Source: Gemmatimonadota bacterium (GTDB taxonomy: Bacteria; Gemmatimonadota; Gemmatimonadetes; Longimicrobiales; Gaopeijiaceae). From it: a DNA stretch of 49,705 nucleotides. The DNA lies in NCBI GenBank assembly GCA_039589315.1, contig JBDHHQ010000072.1, positions 1 through 49,705 of the forward strand, given 5' to 3'. A program made the position numbers and the translations under genes. The notes below the pieces were generated by a model, which worked only from the letters and a program-made list of their open reading frames with translations, was not told the DNA's origin and did not search any database. Below, piece by piece: positions 39,217 through 48,188 of this stretch (the stretch's first letter is position 1; the number at the start of each line of letters is the position of its first letter).

Positions 39217-39500
39217 CCTGCCCGGTCTTCCACCACCGAAGCGATGGTGTCGAGCTTGGTCGCCACGTTGGCGGCCACAGGGAGCATCTCTCCTTCCACT
39301 CCGATGGTGGTGTCGAGTGCCACGATGTTGGCGGTGTTGCCCGCGATGCCCTGCGCCGCTGTGAGCGTCTCGCGCGCGTAGAGCTGGATGTCCCTGGCCG
39401 TTCGCCAGAGTCGATGGAGCAGCACGACGGCCAGGGGGATGAAGACCAGGAACGTGAGTACGACACCGATCCACCACAGGACGAAGACGCCTCGGGGCAT
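39213..39500 (-). CDS. Hydrogenase-associated single-TM helical protein 4
   Basis: VLWWIGVVLTFLVFIPLAVVLL...GIAGNTANI. Confidence 0.8.
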   Translation of the reverse strand: MPRGVFVLWWIGVVLTFLVFIPLAVVLLHRLWRTARDIQLYARETLTAAQGIAGNTANIVALDTTIGVEGEMLPVAANVATKLDTIASVVEDRAG

Positions 39501-39502
39501 GG

Positions 39503-39802
39503 TCAACCTGCCTCCTGACGCGAAACGGCCTCGATCACACCCGCGAGGTTGGTGTCGATCTGGACCAGCCCGTCCCGCACGGCGATCAGGCCTTCGTTGA
39601 GCCGGGTCACTTCGGGTGCGAGGCCGCCGGTCTCGGTCTCGATCGCCCGAACGCCCATCCGGATCTTGGCTAGGAGGCTCGTCGGCCCGCCCCCCACATC
39701 ACCCAGGATCCGGATCAGGAGCAGCAGGTACACGGCGAGCGCACCGAACAGAGCCACGACGCCGATCAGCGACAGCGCCATGAGCAGGGTCATCGTATCC
39801 AC
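39503..39802 (-). CDS. Hydrogenase-associated single-TM helical protein 3
   Basis: GGAGG RBS, TM, AIETETGGL. Confidence 0.8.
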   Translation of the reverse strand: MDTMTLLMALSLIGVVALFGALAVYLLLLIRILGDVGGGPTSLLAKIRMGVRAIETETGGLAPEVTRLNEGLIAVRDGLVQIDTNLAGVIEAVSRQEAG

Positions 39803-39812
39803 GGCACCTCCG

Positions 39813-40145
39813 TCATGGCGCCCATCCAGAGCTCAGCACGCAGCCCGGACAACCGGGGCACTCTTCGGCATGTCCGTGGATGGCGGCAGTGGCCTCGACC
39901 ACACCGCCCGCGGATTCGAGGATGGCCAGAGCCGTCCGGTTCGTCCGTTTGAGCAGGGCGATGTGGACGGTGTTGTTGGCGATCTTCTGACCCGTGTTCC
40001 AGATCTCCTGCACGCCGTCCCGGATCTGCCTGGACACCGACACGATCAGGGTCAGGAGCAACGCCACGACCGCGAGCACGACCGCGAACACCCCCAGGCT
40101 CGCCAGCCAGACCTGCTGAATCGTCTCGGGACTCGCTGAGCTCAT
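39813..40145 (-). CDS. Hydrogenase-associated single-TM helical protein 2 with CxxCxxC tail
   Basis: TM, KIANNTVHI, HGHAEECPGCPGC. Confidence 0.8.
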   Translation of the reverse strand: MSSASPETIQQVWLASLGVFAVVLAVVALLLTLIVSVSRQIRDGVQEIWNTGQKIANNTVHIALLKRTNRTALAILESAGGVVEATAAIHGHAEECPGCPGCVLSSGWAP

Positions 40146-40450
40146 GGCCCGCGCACTCCGCCGGATCCCGCGTGGGCCTCCAATGTCTCCGCCAGCGCGC
40201 CTCCGTCGCGCTCGATGGCAGAGACCGTTTCCAGAAGCTGCCCGGCAACCGCGTTCGTGGTCGCGAGGTCCCAGATGGGAAGCGTGTCTTGTCGGATGTG
40301 CTCGGCAGCCTCGAGGGCGCGCACCGCGTGGGCCAGAATGCCCCGAGCGGTCACCAGGATCGTCACGAGCAGGCCCGCAGCGATCAGCACGACGACTGCG
40401 GCGACGCCGAGCCAGAGGGTCCACGCGCTCCAGAGCTGCGCGTCGCTCAT
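40142..40450 (-). CDS. Hydrogenase-associated single-TM helical protein 1
   Basis: GGAGG RBS, TM, HIRQDTLPI. Confidence 0.8.
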   Translation of the reverse strand: MSDAQLWSAWTLWLGVAAVVVLIAAGLLVTILVTARGILAHAVRALEAAEHIRQDTLPIWDLATTNAVAGQLLETVSAIERDGGALAETLEAHAGSGGVRGP

Positions 40451-41748
40451 CGCGTACCTCCCTTCGACGTGGCGCCCGCCTCGCTTCGATCTCCGTAGTC
40501 CTCGTACGTCCCCGGCCGGTCCCCTCCCCAGTAGCGGCGTGCCTGGCCCTTGGGCCGACCGGGACGCTTCGCCCCCATGAACTGAAGCCGCTCGTAGAAG
40601 AACTCCTCCACCCTGTCCAGAACCGACGGTGCGCGCACGTGGCCCCAGCCGGACGGCGCGTCCGCGCCCCCGACGTGCCACCGACCCTTTGTGTTGAGGG
40701 CACGGTTGGTCAGCCGGCGAAGCCGCCGGATGACGCTGCCGTGCGTGCGTGACGCATACGAGGAGAACGTCGATCCAGGCGAACGCTTGTAGAAGGGCGA
40801 GAACTTGTCGGGAAAGCTCGGCATCGTGCACCCGATGCACACGCCGCCCGCCTCCATGCACCCGCCCATGTGATTGATGGCGCCCCGCCTCACGATGTTG
40901 CAGTTGACCACGGGACCCCAGCAGCCCAATTCGACCAGGCATTCCGGACGACCGTACTCGTGGGCGAACACGCCTTCCTCGTAGAAGCCCGCACGGCTGC
41001 AGCCCCGATGTACCGTCTCACCGAACAGCCACGAGGGCCGCCCCAGCTCATCGAAGGTGGGAAGCGGGCCCAGGCCTTGGAGGAACAGCAGCACCGCGAA
41101 CACCGTCTCGGTGAAGTTGTCGCCGACGGGTGCACAGCCAGGCACGTTGATGACGGGCAGACCGAACGCGGAGCGGAAGTCCTTGCCCAGGAACTCCATG
41201 AGTCCCATCGCCGCGGTCGGGTTACCCTCGGCGGCGGGGATGCCGCCCCACGTCGCGCAGGTCCCGATGGCGATGACTGCCGCGGCACCGGGCGCCAGGC
41301 GCTGGATCCATTCCGCAGTAGGTACGGGCTGTGGGTCGTCGAAGCCCTCGCGGATCTCGACACCCATGGCGGACCAGTACCCACCGGTGCGCGCGGCTAT
41401 GCGCTCGTCGGCGACCGACCCCTCCAGAACGACCACGTACGGGGCGTCCAGCTCGCCGCGCCACGCCTTGTGATGGTTGGCCATGAACGCCTCGCCGGCC
41501 TCCACTGCCAGCACCGGGTGATGCAAGATCATCTGGGGCATGGCCGGGACCGTGCCGGCCAGCAATCCTTCGATTCCCGGGTTGGTGGCTCCGGTGACGG
41601 CGATACTGCAGCCGTCGCAGCTCATGCCCGCGAGCCAGAACACGTGGATGGTGTCGAGAGGACCCGACGACCGACGTTCGCGAACGGTCGCCTCGGAAGG
41701 GGTCGCCTCGTCGAGATCAGAGGCGGGCGGTGCTTGAACAGCGTCCAT
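40447..41748 (-). CDS. [NiFe]-hydrogenase small subunit (no clear Tat signal)
   Basis: WLAGMSCDGCS, GTCATWGG, PGCAP, HRGC, CLVELGCWGP, CIGC. Confidence 0.92.
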   Translation of the reverse strand: MDAVQAPPASDLDEATPSEATVRERRSSGPLDTIHVFWLAGMSCDGCSIAVTGATNPGIEGLLAGTVPAMPQMILHHPVLAVEAGEAFMANHHKAWRGELDAPYVVVLEGSVADERIAARTGGYWSAMGVEIREGFDDPQPVPTAEWIQRLAPGAAAVIAIGTCATWGGIPAAEGNPTAAMGLMEFLGKDFRSAFGLPVINVPGCAPVGDNFTETVFAVLLFLQGLGPLPTFDELGRPSWLFGETVHRGCSRAGFYEEGVFAHEYGRPECLVELGCWGPVVNCNIVRRGAINHMGGCMEAGGVCIGCTMPSFPDKFSPFYKRSPGSTFSSYASRTHGSVIRRLRRLTNRALNTKGRWHVGGADAPSGWGHVRAPSVLDRVEEFFYERLQFMGAKRPGRPKGQARRYWGGDRPGTYEDYGDRSEAGATSKGGTR

Positions 41749-41789
41749 GAGGACTCCCGAGCGCGTTCGCGTCGTCGGGGAACATCCGA

Positions 41790-43715
41790 CTATCGATTAT
41801 ACGGCGCGGCTCCTTCGTGGGGCAACGAACCGGGTCTGAGGATGTCGGCTTCGCCTTCCGCCCCAGGGAACAGGCATGCCACGGCGTGGTCTGCGTCGAG
41901 GTGGGAGAGCAGGTCCGGCACCCGCTCGACGCATGCGGTCTGCGCTTTCCAGCACCGCGTGCGGAACGCGCACCCGGAGGGCCGGCGAGCCGCGCTGGGG
42001 ACTTCCCCGTCCAGGATAATGCGCGCAGCGGAGCCGCGGTCCCGAGGGTGATCGACAGGAGTCGCGGAGAAGAGCGCTTGCGTGTAGGGGTGTGCGGGAC
42101 GAGAAAAGACCGTCGTCGCGCGTCCCTGTTCGACCACCCGACCGAGGTAGGCCACGGCCACTGTCTCCACGATGGCGCGCACGACGGACAGGTCGTGACT
42201 GATGAGCAGGTAGGCCACACCGAGCTCTCGGCGAAGCTCGTCCAGCAGTTGAAGGAGACCCGCGCGCAGTGCGGCATCCAGGGCCGAGAACGGCTCGTCC
42301 AACACCAGGAGTCGCGGCTGGAGGGCCAGCGCCCGCGCGATCGCTACCCGCTGACGCTCGCCGCCCGACAGCTCGTGGGGTCGGCGTGAGGCATAGAACC
42401 CAGGCAATCCGACGCGCTCCAGGAGCTCCCGGGCTCGAAGACGCGCCTTGGTACGTCCGATCAGGCGGTGGACGCGCAAGGGCCGAGCAACGGCCCAGCC
42501 GACGGACCGTCTCGGGTTCAATGACGCGTGGGGATCCTGCCACACGACCTGGACGATGCGACGGATCTTCCGCAATTCGGACGGGGAGGCCGTGAGGACG
42601 TCGCGCCCGTCGACCCGGATCCTGCCCGTGGCACCGGCCTCGAGCCCGACGATTGCACGAGCGATCGTCGACTTCCCGCAACCCGACTCCCCGACGAGGC
42701 CCAGCGCTCCTCCTTCCCGAATCAGGAGGTCTACGGACGCTACCGCGCGCGTCCCGCCGAACCGTACCGACAGATCCTGCACTTCGAGGGCCGGGGCCTC
42801 TCCGGCCGTTGTATCGACCCCGAGCCCTGCGTCGCCCGGAGGAGCCACCACGGCGTGGACGTCCAACGTCTTCCCGAGCGTCGGCGATTTGGTCCTCGAG
42901 CGCCGATGAGTGGCGTCCCGTGAAGGCACGCGCCCTCGCACTAGAAACCGCGTCGCCGGGTGGCGGGCGTGATCGAACACGTCTCCGACGGATCCCGATT
43001 CCACCACCCGACCGGCGTCCATGACGTAGAGGCGGTCCGCAAGCTCCGCCACGACCCCGAGGTCGTGCGTAATCAGCAACACTGCCATGCCCCGGTCGGC
43101 CTGGAGTCCCCTCAGCAGTTCCAGCAGCTGTGCCTGCGTCGTGACGTCCAGCGCGGTCGTGGGCTCGTCGACGATGAGCAGGCTCGGGTCCTGGGCGAGG
43201 GCAGTCGCCATGAGAGCGCGCTGGCGCATCCCACCGGACCACTCGTGGGGATAGCGGGAGCTCCACACGTCCGGATCCGGCAACCCCACGTCTCGGAGCA
43301 GCGCCGCGGCCGTGCCACGCTCGCGAGCCAGCCTGGAGCCCCGGTTCCACGCTAGTCCTTCAATCACTTGAGCGCCCACCGGCATGCACGGATGGAGCGC
43401 CGAAAGTGGGTCCTGGAAGACCGTGCCCACCTCCTGACCTCGCAGGCGACGGAGCGTCTCCTGGTCGGCCTTCAGGACGTCAACGCCCGCGAAGCGGATC
43501 GAGCCTTGGGTGACACGGGCCGAGGGAGGAAGCAGTCCCAACACGGCCAGTGCGGTCAGTGATTTTCCGGCCCCCGAGCTGCCCACGAGCCCTACCACCT
43601 CGCCGCCACGAACGTCCAAGGAAGCGCCGTCGACGGCCGGGCCGTGACCGGGAGTATCGAATGTGACCACCAGGTTCTCGATGGACAGAAGGGGCGCCTG
43701 CTGCGCGTCGATCAT
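41790..43715 (-). CDS. Fused DppD/F (NikD/E)-type ABC ATPase
   Basis: Two Walker A motifs ([16 protein letters not shown]), SGGMRQR/SGGERQR, C-terminal oligopeptide-ABC extension. Confidence 0.9.
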   Translation of the reverse strand: MIDAQQAPLLSIENLVVTFDTPGHGPAVDGASLDVRGGEVVGLVGSSGAGKSLTALAVLGLLPPSARVTQGSIRFAGVDVLKADQETLRRLRGQEVGTVFQDPLSALHPCMPVGAQVIEGLAWNRGSRLARERGTAAALLRDVGLPDPDVWSSRYPHEWSGGMRQRALMATALAQDPSLLIVDEPTTALDVTTQAQLLELLRGLQADRGMAVLLITHDLGVVAELADRLYVMDAGRVVESGSVGDVFDHARHPATRFLVRGRVPSRDATHRRSRTKSPTLGKTLDVHAVVAPPGDAGLGVDTTAGEAPALEVQDLSVRFGGTRAVASVDLLIREGGALGLVGESGCGKSTIARAIVGLEAGATGRIRVDGRDVLTASPSELRKIRRIVQVVWQDPHASLNPRRSVGWAVARPLRVHRLIGRTKARLRARELLERVGLPGFYASRRPHELSGGERQRVAIARALALQPRLLVLDEPFSALDAALRAGLLQLLDELRRELGVAYLLISHDLSVVRAIVETVAVAYLGRVVEQGRATTVFSRPAHPYTQALFSATPVDHPRDRGSAARIILDGEVPSAARRPSGCAFRTRCWKAQTACVERVPDLLSHLDADHAVACLFPGAEGEADILRPGSLPHEGAAPYNR

Positions 43716-44575
43716 TCGCCCGTTGCCCAGCGTTCGTTCAGGGCATCGCCCAGGAGATTGAGTCCAAGCACTGATGCGGCGATGGCCGCGCCGGGGAAGG
43801 TGGCCAGCCACCACGCGGACCGAAGGAAGGCCTGACCCTGACCGGCGAGAGCTCCCCAAGACACGACCGAGGGGTCGCCGAGACCCAGGAAGGACAGGCT
43901 CGCCTCGATGAGCATGACCCGGCCCACTGTCAGGCCAAAGAGCACCGTGACGACCGGAAGTACGTTGGGAAGGATCTCGCCGACTGCGACCTGCAGCTCT
44001 GTGGCGCCCGCGGCACGCGCAGCAGCCACGAAGTCGTGCTCCCGCAGCGACATCACCTCGGAGCGGACGACTCGGGCCAGCCCGGTCCAGGACGTGAGGG
44101 CGAGTACCAGCACGACCCGGTCCATCCCGGCGCCGAACATGGCCAGAACCAGGATCACCAGGAAGAAGCGTGGCAGCGCCTGAAAGAACTCCGTCACTCG
44201 CATCAGGACGTGATCGGTTCGTCCACCTCGAAGGCCGGACGCGATTCCGACCAGTACCCCGATCGCCGCCGTCATCAATGCCGTCGTCAGGCCGATCAGC
44301 CACGAAGCACGCGCGCCCCATACGATGCCGCTCCACAGGTCGCGTCCCAGGGCGTCCGTACCCAGGAGGTGCTGGAGCGAGGGCGGTGACAGCGACGGTC
44401 CGACGATCGCCAGGGGATCGAACGGACTGACCCACGGAGCGCTGATTCCGAGGGCCAGAGTGCCACCCGCCAGCAGCGCCCCCACGGCAGCGGAGCGAGT
44501 GCCACCGTCGCTGGAGCCCCGCAGTATGGAGACGCGAGCGTGTTCCGGCGTCGCCTCGCGTCGCACGTCAGACAT
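43712..44575 (-). CDS. ABC permease, DppC/NikC type
   Basis: HLLGTDALGRD, FVAAARAAGA, EASLSFLGLG. Confidence 0.9.
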   Translation of the reverse strand: MSDVRREATPEHARVSILRGSSDGGTRSAAVGALLAGGTLALGISAPWVSPFDPLAIVGPSLSPPSLQHLLGTDALGRDLWSGIVWGARASWLIGLTTALMTAAIGVLVGIASGLRGGRTDHVLMRVTEFFQALPRFFLVILVLAMFGAGMDRVVLVLALTSWTGLARVVRSEVMSLREHDFVAAARAAGATELQVAVGEILPNVLPVVTVLFGLTVGRVMLIEASLSFLGLGDPSVVSWGALAGQGQAFLRSAWWLATFPGAAIAASVLGLNLLGDALNERWATGE

Positions 44576-45533
44576 AGCGCACGCGGGGGTCGAGGAGGCC
44601 GTAGAGGAGGTCGGTCACCAGGTTGGCGAGGACCACGACCCCCGCCACAAGTAGGAAGATGCCCAGCACCACGGGTGCGTCACGGCTTTGGAGCGAGGAC
44701 AGCAGCAGCGTTCCCAGGCCCGGCCAGCCGAAGATGGACTCCACGACCACGGCGCCGCCGAGCAGGTAGCCAACCCGATGGCCGACCAGGGTCACGACGG
44801 GTAGGAGGGCGAGACGGAGGGCGTGGCGCGTCAGGACGATGCGGCCTGGCAGGCCCTTCGCATAGGCGGCCCGCACGTAGTCCTTCCCCAACTCCCGGGA
44901 GACGGTCGTTCGTGTGACCCGGGCCACGCCGGCCAGCTGCTGGCTGGCCAACACCAGCGCCGGGAGGGCCAGATGGCGAAGCGTGTCCAGCGCTGCTGCA
45001 CTCCACCCGCCTGCGGGATCCGGGTCGCGCATGCCGAAGGCAGGGAAGAGTCCGACGCCCATCGCGAAAACCAGCAGTGCGACCTGCCCGACCCAGAATA
45101 CCGGGGCGGCGTAGAGCCCGAGCGTAATGGCATTGGCGGCGAGGTCCCATCCCGATCCCCTGCGCAGGGCTGTCAAGACTCCCAGGAGGACGCCCACGGC
45201 GGAGGAGAACAGGAGTGCCGTACCGGTCAGAAGGAGCGTGGCTGGAACCCGCTCCCAGACCACAACGCTCACCGGGCGACCCTGGCTGCGAGACATGCCA
45301 AGATCCCCCCGGGCCAGCCGTTCGACGTAGGTGAGGAGCCGCGTAGCGATTGGCTCGTCGAGCGCGAAATGCTCTCGCATGGCCGCGTAGTACGCTTCGT
45401 CGCCGTGCTCACCCGCTAGGGCCAGGATCGGATCACCCGGCGCGGCCTGGATGAGGATGAACGAAACCAGGAGAATCCCCGCGACCGTCGGGATCAGCTG
45501 GACCAACCTCTCGAGGACGTATCGCCGCGTCAC
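44568..45533 (-). CDS. ABC permease, DppB/NikB type
   Basis: APGDP, GDLGMS, DYVRAAYAKGL, ESIFGWPGLG, DPRVR. Confidence 0.9.
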   Translation of the reverse strand: MTRRYVLERLVQLIPTVAGILLVSFILIQAAPGDPILALAGEHGDEAYYAAMREHFALDEPIATRLLTYVERLARGDLGMSRSQGRPVSVVVWERVPATLLLTGTALLFSSAVGVLLGVLTALRRGSGWDLAANAITLGLYAAPVFWVGQVALLVFAMGVGLFPAFGMRDPDPAGGWSAAALDTLRHLALPALVLASQQLAGVARVTRTTVSRELGKDYVRAAYAKGLPGRIVLTRHALRLALLPVVTLVGHRVGYLLGGAVVVESIFGWPGLGTLLLSSLQSRDAPVVLGIFLLVAGVVVLANLVTDLLYGLLDPRVRYV

Positions 45534-47137
45534 GGGGCACACCGCGCCTTTGCGGCGAAGTGGCCGTCCGCCGTGAAGCCCTGACACCGAATCCGGTGAG
45601 CCCGCGCCGAGCGGGTCTCCACCAGCCAGAAGTAGGGGAGGTCCTCGACCACGATTTCCTGGATTCGACGGTATAGCCGGCCCCTGTCCGCCGGATCCAG
45701 GCTTCGGCGCGCTTCGTCGAAGAGGGAATCGACGGTGGGATTGCGATACCCGGCCCCGTTCGAGAAGGGAATGGGTGCGACGCTCGCCGACACATACATT
45801 CGCCGCACCCCGATCTCCGGGTCCGGGCCATTGCAGTACGATACGATGTTGGTGTCGAAGTCCCGTTCGGCGAAGACTGCTTCGACGAACACCGGTGGCT
45901 CCAGGGGCCGGAGCTGCAGGTCGATTCCGACGGAGCGAAGCTGCGCTCGAAGCAGCTGGCCGTATTGGGTGAACGAGGGAAAGTGGGTGAACGCGAACCG
46001 GAGGGGCGTGCCCGCCTCGACACCCGGCACGTCCTCGGCTAAGCGCATCTCGCCGTCGAGGCGCCAGCCGAGCTGGTCCAGCAGCTCTGCGCTCACCTCG
46101 GGATCATGACGCGGCAACGCGAGCCCCGCAGCATGCGCGAACGAGATTCCCGACGAGATCGGGGCCTCGGCCACGCGTCCCTGCCCGAACAGCACCCGCT
46201 CGAGCATCTGAGGTCGATCGATCGCATGCGCGATGGCACGGCGCATCCGGACGTCCTGGAAGAAGGGCCGGTCGAGATTGAATCCCAACGTCATGACGCA
46301 GTTGCTTCCACCGGGACCTCGCGCGGACTCGACGAATCGGACGGAGGGATCCTCGGCAAGACGGCGGCGGTCGGGCCCCGGAACCGTGAAGATCCAGTCG
46401 AGCTGGCCGCTCTGTAGCGCGCTGACCTGGGTGCCTGCGTCGGGAACGAGATGCCAGACGATCTCGTCGATCTCCGGGCGACCGCCGTGGTAGTCCGGGT
46501 TGGCCGCGTACCGGAACCCATCGGCGCCGTAGCGCTCGAAGCGGAACGGGCCGGTGCCTACGGGCCGTCGGTTCGCCGGATTCGAAAGGGGATCCGTTCC
46601 TTCATAGAGGTGGGCGGGCAGAATCGGCGCCTCGGTCACGTCCAGTTGCTGGAGCAGCGGCGCGTAGGGGGAGTCGAAACGGAGCTCCACGGTCCAATCA
46701 TCGACCTGATCCACCGACTCGAGCGCGCCACCCAGGGAAGCGCGCGAGCGGGAGTGGTACAGCAGCACAACCTCGCTCAACGAATAGACGACATCCCGCG
46801 CAGTGAACGGCGTGCCGTCGTGCCAGCGAACGTCGGTGCGCAGGTGGAATCGGACGCGCTTTCCGTCATCGAGGAATTCCCACCGCTCCGCGAGCGAGGG
46901 CCGCACCTCGAAGTCGGACGTGATCCGGACCAGCCCGTCGTACAGAATCTCTGAAGCCGTGTGGACTCCGCCGCTGGTCGTGATGGCAGGGTTCAGGTGA
47001 CCGGGATCCTCGCTCAACGCCACGGCGAGACGCACGGGTCGATCGGGGTCCGACGCACCTCCTTCGGTGTCTCCGCACGCGGAGACCGGGCACACGATTG
47101 CCAGGACCAGACAGAGAGTCCCTGGCCTCGTCCGCAC
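45530..47137 (-). CDS. Family-5 ABC substrate-binding lipoprotein (DppA/NikA-like)
   Basis: VSAC lipobox, WHDGTPFTARDV, PVGTGPF, RRAIAHAIDR; start approximate. Confidence 0.88.
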   Translation of the reverse strand: MRTRPGTLCLVLAIVCPVSACGDTEGGASDPDRPVRLAVALSEDPGHLNPAITTSGGVHTASEILYDGLVRITSDFEVRPSLAERWEFLDDGKRVRFHLRTDVRWHDGTPFTARDVVYSLSEVVLLYHSRSRASLGGALESVDQVDDWTVELRFDSPYAPLLQQLDVTEAPILPAHLYEGTDPLSNPANRRPVGTGPFRFERYGADGFRYAANPDYHGGRPEIDEIVWHLVPDAGTQVSALQSGQLDWIFTVPGPDRRRLAEDPSVRFVESARGPGGSNCVMTLGFNLDRPFFQDVRMRRAIAHAIDRPQMLERVLFGQGRVAEAPISSGISFAHAAGLALPRHDPEVSAELLDQLGWRLDGEMRLAEDVPGVEAGTPLRFAFTHFPSFTQYGQLLRAQLRSVGIDLQLRPLEPPVFVEAVFAERDFDTNIVSYCNGPDPEIGVRRMYVSASVAPIPFSNGAGYRNPTVDSLFDEARRSLDPADRGRLYRRIQEIVVEDLPYFWLVETRSARAHRIRCQGFTADGHFAAKARCAP

Positions 47138-47828
47138 GCGATGCCGCGAGGATGCTTGCAAGTCGTGAACGTACAGCGTGACCCGCCAGTGAGTAGGAGA
47201 CTCGAAGAACTCGCGGCATCGACGTTGAAGCCGCCGGTTTCGCCCTCGAGCTGCAAACGCACGCCGCCCGAGGGGCTCCGAACGCAGGGCGCGCAGCGTC
47301 ACCGCACGACCCGAGCGACAGATCCGAACGAACGGTAGGAAGCGGGCCTGAAGCGGGCAACCGCAGAATGAGGGTGGCGCGGCACCCTGGGTTCGGGTAC
47401 CGCGCCACATTACGATCCACCACATGCTAGCGATGGCGCAGGTCGGCGTCCCCGCCACTAGTATGTCGCCGGCGCGCGTGCCAGCTCGTTGAGATACCGA
47501 CTGAGGCTCGCGAGCAGCTCATCGGACAACGCCTATGAAGTTGAGTGTCATTCCGTGGTTCCCGTTCGGATGACGCCACCCCGGTCCCTCGTGAACCGGC
47601 CCAATGTGGCCCCCCGTGGCCCCATACACGATCGAGTTGGACCCCGAGGCACCAGAAGCGTGGAGGCCTCGGTCGCCTGCACCGGCTTCGTCGGGGCTCG
47701 AGTGCCGGTTTCCTCGTCTGGCGTTATTGTTGTCCAGAGGCACACGATACGCACACAAACACCAGAACGCCGACCCGATACAACATCGGCCGACGCTCTA
47801 ACTGGTTACGATTTGTCGCTTTACGCAA

Positions 47829-47901
<73 letters not shown>

Positions 47902-48188
47902 GCGAGAAAGCTAGCGAGATCCGGCACGAGAGCAACGCGCTGAACGCGTCATCCAAGGCCAGCAGAGGCCCTGCGATTCGCCGGAGCAGAGCGCCGCCTT
48001 GCCCCAAGGCCCGACGTGTTCTGGCGGCTCCACCGCCCGCTCACCGGCGCGGCGGTTCTCCCGGCCTTCCCATCCCCCGCGCTCGACCGCTGCCGCCCAC
48101 GTCACCGTCCGGTTTTCCGGCCGTTTCGCGCATAGAGGTGTGGATTCGGACCCCCGTCCGGGTCGCATTCTCGTGGGAGTGGCATCTG

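Noticed and set aside
43716..44435. N-terminal extension of the 881-aa ABC ATPase ORF
   Set aside because: Arg/Pro-rich shadow over the permease gene; the real start is 43715
47140..47480. NiCo riboswitch or NikR operator upstream of the ABC operon
   Set aside because: No match to the consensus features I can recognise; only generic hairpins
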